Below are positions 47,504 through 57,933 of a DNA stretch of 64,000 nt, piece after piece. This stretch comes from an uncultured Bacteroidia bacterium (GTDB taxonomy: Bacteria > Bacteroidota > Bacteroidia > JAIBAJ01), in contig OZ260106.1 of the NCBI GenBank assembly GCA_965284645.1, positions 144,265 to 208,264 of the forward strand, in the 5' to 3' direction. The position numbers were made by a program, and so were the translations under genes. Positions within the stretch are counted from its first letter, which is position 1. Each line of letters begins with the position of its first letter. The notes beneath the pieces were generated by a model. That model made no database searches and was not told the DNA's origin. It worked only from the letters and a program-made list of their open reading frames with translations.

Positions 47504-47908
47504 ATGGCAAGTCAACATTTGAATTTCACCTCCAAAAGCGAAAATATCTCTCTCGTTGAAAAAATGATAGATGACGTTTGTGCAGAATACAAGGTGAATG
47601 AGGATCATTATGGAAACATTTTAGTGGCCGTTACGGAGGCTGTTAACAATGCTCTCTATCACGGGAATAAATTAAACCCTGATAAAATGGTAGATATTTC
47701 CTTTGAGCCGAAAGATGAATCAACCTTAGTTTTTACCATTAAAGACCAAGGGGATGGTTATGACTTTGCTGCTCTACCCGACCCTACCAATCCCGAAAAT
47801 CTGGAAAAAATTAGTGGACGCGGTGTATTTTTAATGAAAAGCTTAAGCGACAACATCGAATTTAACGACGATGGACGCAGCGTAGAAATGCAGTTTAAAC
47901 TAAACTAA
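47504..47908 (+). CDS. HATPase_c-type ATP-binding protein (RsbW/SpoIIAB-like anti-sigma-factor kinase fold)
   Basis: VTEAVNNALYHGN N-box, DQGDGYD, and GRGVFLMKSL. The ATG at 47504 is preferred over the TTG at 47474. Confidence 0.8.
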   Translation: MASQHLNFTSKSENISLVEKMIDDVCAEYKVNEDHYGNILVAVTEAVNNALYHGNKLNPDKMVDISFEPKDESTLVFTIKDQGDGYDFAALPDPTNPENLEKISGRGVFLMKSLSDNIEFNDDGRSVEMQFKLN

Positions 47909-47926
47909 ACCATACTTATTTTTCCC

Positions 47927-47965
47927 AAAAAGGCCGATTCTTTGCAGAGTTGGCCTTTTTTTTTG
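47927..47965 (+). terminator. Putative rho-independent terminator
   Basis: aaaaaggcc...ggcct stem followed by a T9 run. Confidence 0.5.
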
Positions 47966-48024
47966 AAACATAGGCTACTGCGTTATGGGAATTGCGTTTC
48001 AGACCAAAAGTAAAGTGGTTTGGT

Positions 48025-48172
48025 CCGGGCAAGGATAGAGGCAGTCTAGCCCACAGGGATGCGGAGGCACGGAGCAGACCGAGGACTAGCGCCGAAAGCC
48101 TGACCCGAACGCCCCAGTACACTGTAAAATTTAAAGTACAAAGGGTTTTGGGCGGAAGGGGGCCCGCCAAAT
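48025..48172 (-). repeat. Family-1 intergenic repeat, copy 6 (reverse, subfamily beta)
   Basis: ccgggcaaggatagaggcagtctagcccacagggatgcggaggcacggagcagaccgaggactagcgccgaaagcctgacccg, then ggttttgggcggaagggggcccgccaaa. Confidence 0.85.
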
Positions 48173-48191
48173 AAGCCTTATAATCTGAAAA

Positions 48192-48512
48192 TTAGGCTTG
48201 GGCAGTTGGTCCACCGAAATTCATTGGAAAAGGAGGATTATTGCCTTCGGTTGCTTTAATAGTTCCGTGCACTGACTCGTATTTGGCCAAATTATCTTTA
48301 AGGGCAGCCAACAAGCGTTTGGCATGTTGAGGGGTTAACAAAATTCTTGATTTCACTTTTGCTTTCGGAACACCCGGCATCATTTTAATGAAATCCAAAA
48401 TAAACTCAGCATGGGAATGTGTGATAATAGCTAAATTGGAATAAATACCCTCCGCAACTTCTTCGGAAAGTTCTATATTTAATTGATTGTTTTGGTTTTG
48501 ATCTTCTGACAT
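48192..48512 (-). CDS. DUF3467-like small protein
   Basis: LNIELSEEVAEGIYSNLAIITHSHAEFILDFI..KVKSRILLTPQHAKRLL. The ATG at 48512 is preferred over 48575. Confidence 0.7.
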   Translation of the reverse strand: MSEDQNQNNQLNIELSEEVAEGIYSNLAIITHSHAEFILDFIKMMPGVPKAKVKSRILLTPQHAKRLLAALKDNLAKYESVHGTIKATEGNNPPFPMNFGGPTAQA

Positions 48513-48616
48513 GGGAAGGGAAGGTTTAGAATTATAGCGGGGCAAAGTAACACCAGAAATTGGAATTTTGTCCATTTCGGTGCGGTTAGTACGGTTGTCT
48601 TCTGATTTGTTATGAA

Positions 48617-49762
48617 TTACACTTTTTGCAGGGCTTGATCCAAATCGGCCATGAGGTCTTCAACATCTTCAATTCCGACACTCAAGCGGATCAAGGAATC
48701 GAAAACGCCTGATTTTTCGCGTTCCTCCTTAGGAATACTGGCATGCGTCATACTGGCTGGATGTCCGATGAGCGATTCAACGCCACCTAAGGATTCGGCC
48801 AAGGCAAACAACTGGGTACCTGAAAGCACTTTCAAGGCATCTTCGAAGCGGTCGCCTTTAAGGACGAAGGAAATCATGCCGCCGAAACCGCGCATCTGTT
48901 CTTTGGCGATGGTATAACTTGGGTGATTGGGCAAACCGGGGTAATTTACCAATCCGACTTTAGGATGTGTGTTAAGGAAATTGGCTATTTTACCTGCATT
49001 TTCGCAATGACGCTGCATTCGAACATGCAAAGTTTTGATGCCTCGAAGAACCAAAAAACAATCTTGAGGACCGGGTACCGCGCCACAACTGTTTTGTAAG
49101 AAGCGCAATTGATCGGCTAGTTCAGGATTGTTGGTGCCGAGGAAACCCATCACCGTATCGCTGTGTCCACCCAAATATTTGGTTACCGAATGCATTACAA
49201 TATCAGCACCCAAATCGATCGGATTTTGGAGATAAGGTGAAGCAAAGGTATTGTCCACAGCCAAGAGAATATTATTGGCTTTAGCAATGGCATTGACATA
49301 CTTGATATCAATAACTTTCAAGGTAGGATTGGTAGGAGTTTCAACCCAAATCAGTTTGGTTTGTGGACTGATGGCCTTTTCCAAAGCACCTTTTTCGTGT
49401 AGGGGAACAAACTTAAATTTAAGACCATACTTTTCGAAAACCTTGGTAAAAATGCGGTAAGTTCCGCCATAGAGATCGTTGGTACTGATGATTTCGTCGC
49501 CTGGTTTAAAAAGTTTCACCACAGCATCGGTTGCAGCGAGTCCGCTTCCAAAGCAAAGGCCAAACTGGGCATTTTCTAAGCTAGCCAAAGCGGTTTGCAA
49601 GGCATCGCGGGTAGGGTTTTGGGTGCGAGCATATTCGTAGCCTTTATGTTTGCCTGGAGCCTCTTGCACATAGGTTGAGGTTTGGTAAATGGGCGTCATA
49701 ATAGCCCCTGTTGAAGGGTCGGGCTGTACCCCGGCATGAATGGCTTTTGTTGCAAATTTCAT
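48617..49762 (-). CDS. Cys/Met-metabolism PLP-dependent enzyme (cystathionine gamma-synthase / beta- or gamma-lyase family)
   Basis: 381 aa. HSVTKYLGGHSD is the PLP-lysine motif, and there is a GGVESLI...HASIP C-terminal motif. Confidence 0.9.
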   Translation of the reverse strand: MKFATKAIHAGVQPDPSTGAIMTPIYQTSTYVQEAPGKHKGYEYARTQNPTRDALQTALASLENAQFGLCFGSGLAATDAVVKLFKPGDEIISTNDLYGGTYRIFTKVFEKYGLKFKFVPLHEKGALEKAISPQTKLIWVETPTNPTLKVIDIKYVNAIAKANNILLAVDNTFASPYLQNPIDLGADIVMHSVTKYLGGHSDTVMGFLGTNNPELADQLRFLQNSCGAVPGPQDCFLVLRGIKTLHVRMQRHCENAGKIANFLNTHPKVGLVNYPGLPNHPSYTIAKEQMRGFGGMISFVLKGDRFEDALKVLSGTQLFALAESLGGVESLIGHPASMTHASIPKEEREKSGVFDSLIRLSVGIEDVEDLMADLDQALQKV

Positions 49763-49766
49763 GGGG

Positions 49767-49774
49767 CAAATGTA
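49767..49774 (-). promoter_or_regulatory. -7 promoter box TACATTTG, 4 nt from the ATG
   Basis: TACATTTGccccATG on the minus strand. Confidence 0.4.
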
Positions 49775-49884
49775 AGCGGGAATGGTATGAAATGGAAACG
49801 GAGAAAAGCTAATCTACCAACCTTTCATTAACAAATCTTGTTTAAAAGCTCGTTAAAATTACATCCAGCAGGCCGTAATGCTTG

Positions 49885-49892
49885 TATATTTG
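49885..49892 (+). promoter_or_regulatory. -7 promoter box TATATTTG
   Basis: Exact TAnnTTTG match 19 nt upstream of the ATG at 49912. Confidence 0.4.
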
Positions 49893-49911
49893 CACATAAT
49901 TTAAACGAAAA

Positions 49912-50628
49912 ATGGACGAAAAATTCTTCCAATTGTACAATGTGCCCAACCAAGGCACCCTGGCTAAATCCTTTTTGGCCAATGTTTTCATGTGGATGTC
50001 GGGCGCTTTAGCTACATCTGCCTTATTTGCTTGGATTTTTGCCAGCAATGCTTCACTAATGTCTTTGTTGGTAAATGAAACAGGCTTTACCATTTTAGGC
50101 TATGTAGTAACTTTTGCTCCATTGGGATTGGTTTTGGCCTTATCCTTTGGCTGGCAGCGCTTTTCATTGCCGGTGATTATGGGAATTTTCATTGCTTATT
50201 CCATGTTGACCGGTATTTCCTTGAGTTTTATTTTCCTCATTTACACCTTGGGTAGCATAGCCTCGGTATTTCTTATCGCTTCGGCTATGTTTGCTTTAAT
50301 GGCCGTATTGGGTTACACCACCAAAACCGACCTAACTGCCTTTGGAAGTCTAATGATGATGGGACTTGTAGGAATAATGATTGCGGTAGTTGTAAACTGG
50401 TTTTTGAAAAGCGACACTATGTCTTATATTATTTCCTGTGTATCGGTGCTTGTATTTACCGGACTAACAGCCTATGATGTACAAAAACTCAAATACATTG
50501 GCATGACAGCTGGATCGGATGGAATGACCATGCGCAAGGTAGCTATTATGGGAGCTTTGGAACTTTATTTGGATTTTCTAAATTTATTCTTGGCTTTGCT
50601 TCGCTTATTTGGAAACAGAAGAGACTAA
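49912..50628 (+). CDS. Bax inhibitor-1/YccA-family membrane protein
   Basis: 238 aa with 7 TMs and a conserved C-terminal LYLDFLNLFLALLRLFG. Confidence 0.9.
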   Translation: MDEKFFQLYNVPNQGTLAKSFLANVFMWMSGALATSALFAWIFASNASLMSLLVNETGFTILGYVVTFAPLGLVLALSFGWQRFSLPVIMGIFIAYSMLTGISLSFIFLIYTLGSIASVFLIASAMFALMAVLGYTTKTDLTAFGSLMMMGLVGIMIAVVVNWFLKSDTMSYIISCVSVLVFTGLTAYDVQKLKYIGMTAGSDGMTMRKVAIMGALELYLDFLNLFLALLRLFGNRRD

Positions 50629-50656
50629 GAATCTATTCAAAAAATATGTTCAACTT

Positions 50657-50691
50657 TGCCCTATGCCTTTTTCGCATGGGGCATTTTTTTT
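50657..50691 (+). terminator. Rho-independent terminator
   Basis: tgccctatgc-ctttttc-gcatggggca stem-loop followed by a T8 run. Confidence 0.65.
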
Positions 50692-50703
50692 AAAACAGTT
50701 TTC

Positions 50704-52887
50704 ATGAAAATAAAATTCAGCTTCATTCTCCTTTGCATTTCAAGCTCTGTATGGGCTCAAATAAAGTATCCTGAAACCAAAAAGACCGATCAAATTGACG
50801 ATTACTTCGGCAAAAAAATAGAAGATCCTTACCGTTGGCTAGAGGATGACAACTCAGAAGAAACCAAGCAATGGGTGCAACGTGAAAATGCTTTAACCCA
50901 ATCGTATCTTTCCCAAATCCCATTTAGAGAATCCATCAAGAAAAGGATTACAGCGCTGTATAATTTCCCCAGAGTTTCGGCACCATACCGAGCAGGAAAT
51001 TATTATTTTTATACTAAGAACAATGGCTTACAAAACCAAGCTCTTTACTACTACAGAAAGGGTTTGAAAGGCGAAGAAATGGTGTTGATTGACCCAGCAC
51101 AATTCTCCAAAGATGGAACAGCCTCTGTTTCTATTGCAGGTTTCAATAAAAAAAGAGATAAAGTGGCCATTACTGTTAGCCAAAGTGGAAGCGATTGGCA
51201 AACCATGTATGTAATGGATATTGCCACCCGAAAACTATTGCCAGACTCCATTCATTGGATAAAATTTTCAGGCGCGGCTTGGGCTGGAGAAGGTTTCTTT
51301 TACAGCCGCTACGATGAACCTAAAAAAGGACAAGAGCTATCTGGCGAAAACCAAAGGCAAAAAATTTATTACCATAAACTTGGCACCACCCAAGACAAAG
51401 ACAGATTAACCTATGAAGATGCAGAACACCCTCGCCGATTCCTAGGTGCCCAAGTTACGGATGATGAGCGGTTTTTAATTCTCAATGTATCTGAAGGAAC
51501 CAGTGGAGCTGAAATTTTGGCTCAAGATTTAAAAGTTCCCAAAGGATTTATGGATGATAGGTCCAAAACCCCGATACAAATTTGTAAAGGTTTTGACTTC
51601 GAGTTTAACATTATCGATAATATCGACAATTCCTTTATTGTCCACACCAATTTCGAAGCACCAAATTATCGCTTGGTTTTAATCAATTTTGACCATCCCA
51701 GCGAAAAAGAATGGAAAGAATTAATCCCTGAAGGTAAAAACCTGCTTCGGTCGGTTTCCTCATGCGGTGAAAAATTGTTTTGTACCTACCTTAAAGATGC
51801 CACTTCCCAAGTATTTCAATATACCAAAGAAGGACAGTTGGAAATGGAGATAAAACTTCCAGAATTAGGAACTGTAAGTGGATTCAGCGGTGAAAAGAAT
51901 GATTCGATTACCTTTTATTCCTTGTCTAACTTCACCAACCCTTCAACTGTTTATAAATACAACCTAGCAAGTGGAAATTCAGAAGTATGGGAGAAAGCGA
52001 ATTTGCCATTTGACCCATCAGATTTTGTTACAAAGCAGGTATTTTATAAATCTAAAGATGGAACTTCTATTCCAATGTTTATAGTGCATAAAAAAGGGTT
52101 AGAAATGGCAGGCAAAAGCCCTACCCTTCTTTATGGTTATGGTGGTTTTAATATTCCACTTACCCCAAGTTTCAGTCCTAGCCGAATCCTCTTGCTTGAA
52201 AATGGAGGTATTTTTGCGATGGCTAATCTGCGCGGAGGAAATGAATATGGGGAAAAATGGCACCAAGCAGGAATGCTGGATAAGAAACAAAATGTATTCG
52301 ACGATTTTATTGCAGCAGCCGAATTCCTTACCAAAAATGGATATACCAATTCCGAAAACCTGGGAATTATTGGCCGTAGCAACGGAGGTTTGCTGGTGGG
52401 TGCCTGTATGACCCAACGACCCGATTTATTTAAGGTTTGTTTTCCATCGGTTGGGGTATTGGATATGCTGCGATACCATAAATTTACCATTGGTTGGGGT
52501 TGGGCAGTGGAATATGGTAGCAGCGAAGATCCCAACCAATTTGAATACCTGTATAAATATTCCCCGCTTCACAATGTAAAAAACACAAAATACCCTTCGA
52601 CTTTAATCATTACTGCAGACCACGACGACCGAGTTGTTCCGGCTCATTCCTTTAAATTTGCTGCCACTTTGCAAGCCAACCAGGAAGGCGAAAAACCAGT
52701 ACTTATTCGAATTGATACCAAGGCCGGACATGGCGCTGGCAGAGCCCTTTCCAAAACCATTGATGAAGACGCCGATATTTATTCCTTCTTTTTCCATGAA
52801 ATTGGTTTGAAACTGGACAATAATAAACTAATTGAACCATCTTCAAAAAAGGATGAATTAAAAACCAAACTGGACGGCTTTAGGTAA
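50704..52887 (+). CDS. Prolyl oligopeptidase (S9A) family serine peptidase
   Basis: Signal peptide MKIKFSFILLCISSSVWAQ, DPYRWLED, GRSNGGLL (catalytic Ser), DHDDRV, and GHGAG. The track start at 50656 lies inside the upstream terminator. Confidence 0.93.
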   Translation: MKIKFSFILLCISSSVWAQIKYPETKKTDQIDDYFGKKIEDPYRWLEDDNSEETKQWVQRENALTQSYLSQIPFRESIKKRITALYNFPRVSAPYRAGNYYFYTKNNGLQNQALYYYRKGLKGEEMVLIDPAQFSKDGTASVSIAGFNKKRDKVAITVSQSGSDWQTMYVMDIATRKLLPDSIHWIKFSGAAWAGEGFFYSRYDEPKKGQELSGENQRQKIYYHKLGTTQDKDRLTYEDAEHPRRFLGAQVTDDERFLILNVSEGTSGAEILAQDLKVPKGFMDDRSKTPIQICKGFDFEFNIIDNIDNSFIVHTNFEAPNYRLVLINFDHPSEKEWKELIPEGKNLLRSVSSCGEKLFCTYLKDATSQVFQYTKEGQLEMEIKLPELGTVSGFSGEKNDSITFYSLSNFTNPSTVYKYNLASGNSEVWEKANLPFDPSDFVTKQVFYKSKDGTSIPMFIVHKKGLEMAGKSPTLLYGYGGFNIPLTPSFSPSRILLLENGGIFAMANLRGGNEYGEKWHQAGMLDKKQNVFDDFIAAAEFLTKNGYTNSENLGIIGRSNGGLLVGACMTQRPDLFKVCFPSVGVLDMLRYHKFTIGWGWAVEYGSSEDPNQFEYLYKYSPLHNVKNTKYPSTLIITADHDDRVVPAHSFKFAATLQANQEGEKPVLIRIDTKAGHGAGRALSKTIDEDADIYSFFFHEIGLKLDNNKLIEPSSKKDELKTKLDGFR

Positions 52888-52892
52888 TAAGC

Positions 52893-53774
52893 ATGAAAGC
52901 TTCTATCCCATTCTTGGCCCTATTTACCCTGATGGCTAGCGCAAATCTCCTTCAGGGGCAAAGCCTCGTATCTAGATCGAGATGGACCGCCCAGTCTATT
53001 CAAATCGATGGCAAAACCACGGAATGGGAGAAACCATTGGGGGCCTACGATTATAAAACCAGGGTTATGTTTGCCTTGCAAAACGATAGCAGTAATTTAT
53101 ACCTCTGCATCATTGTTCCGGACGAGACCAACCAGGTAAAGATTAGCAGGGGTGGACTTCAAGTGAGTTTTGGCGGAAAATCAAAAAAAGACAAAATCAA
53201 AAAGAATATCATTTATCCTCTCGGAAGCGGTGGTCCAATGAACCAAGGCGAAAGTCCTACCTTTATCGATGGAAAGCCCAATATGAAATTGTTCCAAACC
53301 GTATTTCAACTAAACAATACCATGAAACGGATTGAAGGGTTTACAGGAAGAAATGGCTTGGTAGGCTTAAAAGATTCCACCGGAATTCAGGTGGCCATTG
53401 GATGGGATAGCCTGAATACCATGGAATACGAACTGGCGGTTCCATTAAAAGAACTTTTTGAATCAGGTTCCATGCCTGAAAACTGGGCCAAAGAGCTGCA
53501 AATGGAAGTGACTGTTTTTGGATTAAGTAAAACAGGCATCAAGGATAAAGATATGGAGGAGTTCATGAATACCCCCAACCCAATGAGCGGCAACCGCAAC
53601 CAAAGTGTAGCCGACATGAATAACCAAAGCATGACCAATCCAATGGGACAAACCGGTAATGGAATGCCTATCAATATGGCACCTACAACCGGAAACTTTA
53701 GCCGATCTTCTGAAAAAGGCCCCTTGTACGAAAAGGCTAGCTTTAAATGGAAGTTTGTTCTTTCCGGAAAATAG
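52893..53774 (+). CDS. Secreted hypothetical protein with a Met/Asn/Pro-rich C-terminal region
   Basis: Signal peptide [23 protein letters not shown], 293 aa, 5-nt gap after the peptidase gene. Confidence 0.6.
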   Translation: MKASIPFLALFTLMASANLLQGQSLVSRSRWTAQSIQIDGKTTEWEKPLGAYDYKTRVMFALQNDSSNLYLCIIVPDETNQVKISRGGLQVSFGGKSKKDKIKKNIIYPLGSGGPMNQGESPTFIDGKPNMKLFQTVFQLNNTMKRIEGFTGRNGLVGLKDSTGIQVAIGWDSLNTMEYELAVPLKELFESGSMPENWAKELQMEVTVFGLSKTGIKDKDMEEFMNTPNPMSGNRNQSVADMNNQSMTNPMGQTGNGMPINMAPTTGNFSRSSEKGPLYEKASFKWKFVLSGK

Positions 53775-53838
53775 ACTTCCTAATCCATTCTCTTTTGCGA
53801 GGGTAGTAACTTTGGATTCGTCACACCCAACTTTCCCT

Positions 53839-53846
53839 TATCTTTG
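53839..53846 (+). promoter_or_regulatory. -7 promoter box TATCTTTG for rocD
   Basis: Exact TAnnTTTG match 16 nt upstream of the ATG at 53863. Confidence 0.4.
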
Positions 53847-53862
53847 CACAAATTGGAATCGT

Positions 53863-55095
53863 ATGTCTAAAGTAATGGAAATGAGCCTATCGCAAGCGTT
53901 AATCGAACTTGAAGAAAAGTATGGAGCCCATAATTACCATCCATTGCCCGTGGTATTGGACCGGGGAGAAGGCGTTTTCTTATGGGATGTAGAAGGTAAA
54001 AGATACTATGACTTCCTTTCTGCCTATAGTGCAGTAAACCAAGGACATTGCCATCCAAAAATTATCAACTCACTGGTAACCCAAGCCCAAAAGCTTACCC
54101 TTACCTCCCGTGCCTTTCACAACAATTTATTAGGCGAATATTCACGCTACATCACTCAACTTTTTGGTTATGACAAGGTATTGCCAATGAATACCGGTGC
54201 CGAAGGTGTTGAAACAGCAATTAAACTCGCACGTAAATGGGCGTATGAAGTAAAAGGAGTAGCCGAAAACGAAGCTGTCATCATCTTTTGCGAAAACAAC
54301 TTCCATGGCCGCACCACTACCATTGTTTCGGCAAGTACCGACCCCGATAGCAAAACCAATTTCGGCCCTTATGCAGCAGGTATTCAGGTTATTCCTTACA
54401 ACGATACCCAAGCCTTGGCCCAGGCCTTGCAAAACCCGAATGTAGCCGCTTTTATCGTGGAACCTATCCAAGGTGAAGCAGGAATAGTTGTTCCTGACCC
54501 AGGCTACCTTAAAACCTGTTTCGACCTCTGCAAAGCTGCCCATGTGTTGTTTGTTGCCGATGAAATCCAAACTGGACTCTGTCGTACCGGAAAAATGCTG
54601 GCTTGCGACCATGAAAATGTCCATGCCGATATGCTGATCCTTGGGAAAGCCCTTTCAGGAGGAACTTTACCCGTTAGTGCTGTTTTGGCCAACGACGAAA
54701 TCATGCTAACTATCCGTCCGGGCCAACATGGCAGTACCTATGGTGGAAATCCCTTGGCTTGTGCTGTAGCTATGACTTCCCTTCAAGTGCTTTTAGACGA
54801 AGAAATGGCCGACAACTCAGCTCGTCTTGGAGAATTGTTTAGAACAGAAATACGAAAATCAAAATCCGACCTGCTTCAACTGGTGCGTGGTAAAGGTCTC
54901 TTCAATGCTGTAATCATCAACGAAAAACCTGGAAAAGGGGCTTGGGAAGTTTGTTTACGTATGGCCGAAAAAGGTCTACTTGCCAAACCAACCCATGGCA
55001 ATATTATCCGTTTTGCCCCACCTCTATGCATTACCGAAGAACAACTATTGGAATGCACAAGTATAATTCGTTCAGCGTTGGAAGAATTGGCTTAA
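53863..55095 (+). CDS. rocD: Ornithine aminotransferase
   Basis: [37 protein letters not shown], and LGKALSGG (PLP Lys). The ATG at 53863 is used because the track start at 53659 overlaps the previous gene. Confidence 0.9.
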   Translation: MSKVMEMSLSQALIELEEKYGAHNYHPLPVVLDRGEGVFLWDVEGKRYYDFLSAYSAVNQGHCHPKIINSLVTQAQKLTLTSRAFHNNLLGEYSRYITQLFGYDKVLPMNTGAEGVETAIKLARKWAYEVKGVAENEAVIIFCENNFHGRTTTIVSASTDPDSKTNFGPYAAGIQVIPYNDTQALAQALQNPNVAAFIVEPIQGEAGIVVPDPGYLKTCFDLCKAAHVLFVADEIQTGLCRTGKMLACDHENVHADMLILGKALSGGTLPVSAVLANDEIMLTIRPGQHGSTYGGNPLACAVAMTSLQVLLDEEMADNSARLGELFRTEIRKSKSDLLQLVRGKGLFNAVIINEKPGKGAWEVCLRMAEKGLLAKPTHGNIIRFAPPLCITEEQLLECTSIIRSALEELA

Positions 55096-55104
55096 TCCCC
55101 GTTT

Positions 55105-57933
55105 CTACCTCGAACAAAACTTCTTGAACCCACAATACTGGCAGGTTTTAGTCTGTTCCGTTTGTTCAAACCCTTGGTTGCTATCGTATAAATTATCCAG
55201 CAGAGTGGCAAGTATGGATTCGAAAGCCTTGATAGAACCTTGGTCCAAAATTCCGGATTTCTCTCCATAGGAATTGTTAAGCTTTAATCCCATCAACCAT
55301 TCCTCTAGGTCGCGAGTGGAAATGAAGGCAGGATAAATGTCTTCGATTGGCACCCCATCCGATTTGTGCAACATCCAGGCATAACTGATCAACTGAAAAG
55401 CTTTGTCTTTATCGGGATTGACCAATAATTCATTCCAATCCTTTACCGTAACATTTTTTGATTCAATCTTGCCTGTTTTAAAATCCAAGACTTGGTATTG
55501 CTTTCCCTTCAAATCGATGCGATCGGTTTTCCCACTCAGCTTCACCTTTTCACCATTAGACCGTTCGAACCACACTTCCATGGTCTTTTCCAATGCCAAC
55601 ACAATGGTATCACTTCCCATTTCGGCTTGAAGCTTCTTTAAATATTTCTGAATATACACACTGGCAATTTCCAAGTCAATACTGTATCGGCCAGCATCTT
55701 TGACCTCGATATGGGTAAACTCTTCAAATTTTTTCTCCAAAATTGGCGGATATTTCTCTTCCAATCCTTGAATTAATGCCGGCGTTAAGGTAATGCCTAC
55801 CAAAGGTATGAACAAGGCTTCCAACACAGCATGGATGATGGTGCCGAACACATCTGAGCCCAGCATATCTTCGTCTCTACCTTCGCCTTCAATTCGGGCT
55901 ATGTAGTTGAGGTAAAACTGAAGGCTGCAATTTTTGAAACTATTCAGTGCAGAAGGAGAAAAACCTCTTTCCTGTCCCCTGCTTTTCAAAAAGGCAAGGT
56001 GCTCTTCCGTTTTCTTGATGCGAATTTCAGGTTCTTTGCCAGCACTGGGCAATACAAAAGGATTGCGGTAAACCAATTTCAACTGCTTATTGACCTTGGC
56101 CCACTCTTTTTCCACTTGTAACAAAAAGCGGCTAGCCTCGGCTTGTTCTTCATCTGCATCGTAAATCAGCCACACCTTTTCAGCTCGTTGCATAAGCCGG
56201 TAAAAATGATAGGCAAACACCGCATCACGTTCATGTTGTACGGGCAAACCAAAATGAAAACGGGTTTCGTGGGTAATAAATGTGGCCGTATTTTCAGCCG
56301 ACGGTATTTTACCTTCATTAAACCCTAAAAGGAAAACATGCTTAAAATCCAGGTTGCGGGTTTCGAGCATTCCCATCACCTGCAACCCTTTGAGCGGCTC
56401 TCCTACCAAAGGAATACTTTCTTTTCCGGCCAACATCACAATCACTTTCTCCAAGGATTTTAAGCCATTTTCTTGAACAGGCAACAGCGCTGCAAAATCG
56501 CTTAGCCTGGCCAAAACCTGTTTGGAGAAATACAATTCCTGGGATAACAGATTTTCACCAGCCTGCAAGGTTTCATCCTCCTCCAACACCTGACCCATTT
56601 GTTGCAAAATCACATCAAAAATGGATTGTATAACCTCGCTTGCTGCTTTTGGACTAAGGTTAGGATTAACAAATCCACTGAGTTTGGCTTCTGCTTCAGG
56701 TGGTAAGCCCGACAAAAGCTCTTGGGAAGTAAATCCATGCTTGATTCGCTTTTCCTTCAACAACTTTTGAATAGCCTTTACCAACTCCTGTCCCAGCCAC
56801 GATTCAGTATAGGGGTGCAAAGTTGCATCCAGCAAGGGGCGGTTGGGAATGCGTTTATGCAGCATGTTGTGCTCCATCAATTGCAGGAGCAACAGCAAAA
56901 ACGAGTAGGCTTTGGTGGATTTATAAGGTAAGCCAAGTGTAGCATTAAAATTCCCTAGGTGGGTTGGAATAGCCGAAAGCACCGGGTAAATAAGCTCTTC
57001 ATCTCCCAGCACTACAGCCGTTTCGATACTGATGTTCTCCTTTTGCGACAGTTCGTCCAGCAACAATTGCATGGTACGGGCTTGTGCTGTATGCATCGGA
57101 ACTCCTGCAACGGTAATGGTTCGAGGTAGCTCCGCCAGGTAATTCCCCTCCAAGGGTTTTACAGCCTTTTTTACCAAGGACGATTGGGATAGTTTTCGGA
57201 AATTGAATCCTGCTTCTTGAATAGGATCGCGGGTGTAATAAGTATCCAAATCCCAAATAATCTCCGCTTTTCCGCAATCGATAAGGTACGAAAACACCTG
57301 TTCTTCGCAGGTATTCAAGGCATTAAATCCAGCTAAAATTACCTTTTTGTAGGCCAATGTTTCGGCAATGGCGGCTTTATTTTTGGCAACTTCTTTAAAA
57401 AGCAAACCTTGGTACCCCACTTTTTCATCCAATAAGGTTTGGGTATACGTTTGGTACCAAAGGGGCAATTTAGACCAAAATTCAAGGTATTTCAGTTGTA
57501 TTTCCGTAGGCTCCGAATCGCCCAAATTCCATTGTTTAATTTTCTCAACATCATACAAATAGGTCAGAATTTGCTTGGCATCCACCTGAAACAGATCTAT
57601 TTCATTGAAATCCTTCACCAGGGTTGGGCCCCAAGTCAAGAATTTCTCAAATGAATCGGCCTGACTGGTTTCGCAGGTTTGGTACACCGCATATAGTTTA
57701 AACAAAGCCCGGAGGTTATCCAACAGTTCCATGCCCGAAAGCTTTACCATAAACTCTTCGGTAGAAAAGGTTTGAGGTGCCCAAATAGGCTTGGAGGAAA
57801 GCGATGCCAGCTTTCGTTTTAGAAAATTTCCGGCTCTACGGTTGGGAAAAACTACTGCCAATTCATGTATCGACCCCTCGTAATTGGCCAATAAATGCTG
57901 GGCTACCCGCTCTACAAATGAATCCATATTCAA
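55105..57933 (-). CDS. PD-(D/E)XK nuclease superfamily protein (AddB-like helicase-nuclease subunit)
   Basis: 942 aa. The C-terminal nuclease region has a Cys cluster (CSLQFY ... CQYCGFKKFC) typical of AddB/RecB-family iron-sulfur nuclease domains. Confidence 0.75.
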   Translation of the reverse strand: MNMDSFVERVAQHLLANYEGSIHELAVVFPNRRAGNFLKRKLASLSSKPIWAPQTFSTEEFMVKLSGMELLDNLRALFKLYAVYQTCETSQADSFEKFLTWGPTLVKDFNEIDLFQVDAKQILTYLYDVEKIKQWNLGDSEPTEIQLKYLEFWSKLPLWYQTYTQTLLDEKVGYQGLLFKEVAKNKAAIAETLAYKKVILAGFNALNTCEEQVFSYLIDCGKAEIIWDLDTYYTRDPIQEAGFNFRKLSQSSLVKKAVKPLEGNYLAELPRTITVAGVPMHTAQARTMQLLLDELSQKENISIETAVVLGDEELIYPVLSAIPTHLGNFNATLGLPYKSTKAYSFLLLLLQLMEHNMLHKRIPNRPLLDATLHPYTESWLGQELVKAIQKLLKEKRIKHGFTSQELLSGLPPEAEAKLSGFVNPNLSPKAASEVIQSIFDVILQQMGQVLEEDETLQAGENLLSQELYFSKQVLARLSDFAALLPVQENGLKSLEKVIVMLAGKESIPLVGEPLKGLQVMGMLETRNLDFKHVFLLGFNEGKIPSAENTATFITHETRFHFGLPVQHERDAVFAYHFYRLMQRAEKVWLIYDADEEQAEASRFLLQVEKEWAKVNKQLKLVYRNPFVLPSAGKEPEIRIKKTEEHLAFLKSRGQERGFSPSALNSFKNCSLQFYLNYIARIEGEGRDEDMLGSDVFGTIIHAVLEALFIPLVGITLTPALIQGLEEKYPPILEKKFEEFTHIEVKDAGRYSIDLEIASVYIQKYLKKLQAEMGSDTIVLALEKTMEVWFERSNGEKVKLSGKTDRIDLKGKQYQVLDFKTGKIESKNVTVKDWNELLVNPDKDKAFQLISYAWMLHKSDGVPIEDIYPAFISTRDLEEWLMGLKLNNSYGEKSGILDQGSIKAFESILATLLDNLYDSNQGFEQTEQTKTCQYCGFKKFCSR

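Noticed and set aside
49763-49911. A SAM riboswitch or T-box upstream of the Cys/Met-metabolism gene.
   Set aside because: The -7 box is 4 nt from the ATG, which leaves no leader. No SAM-I or SAM-II consensus segments are visible on the minus strand.
53659-53862. A long N-terminal extension of rocD. There are similar extensions at 50656 (peptidase), 35762 (FISUMP lipoprotein), 48575 (DUF3467), 47474 (ATPase) and 3483 (rsmH).
   Set aside because: The extensions overlap upstream genes or terminators and precede obvious native N-termini (signal peptides, lipoboxes, conserved first motifs). Internal ATGs were chosen instead.
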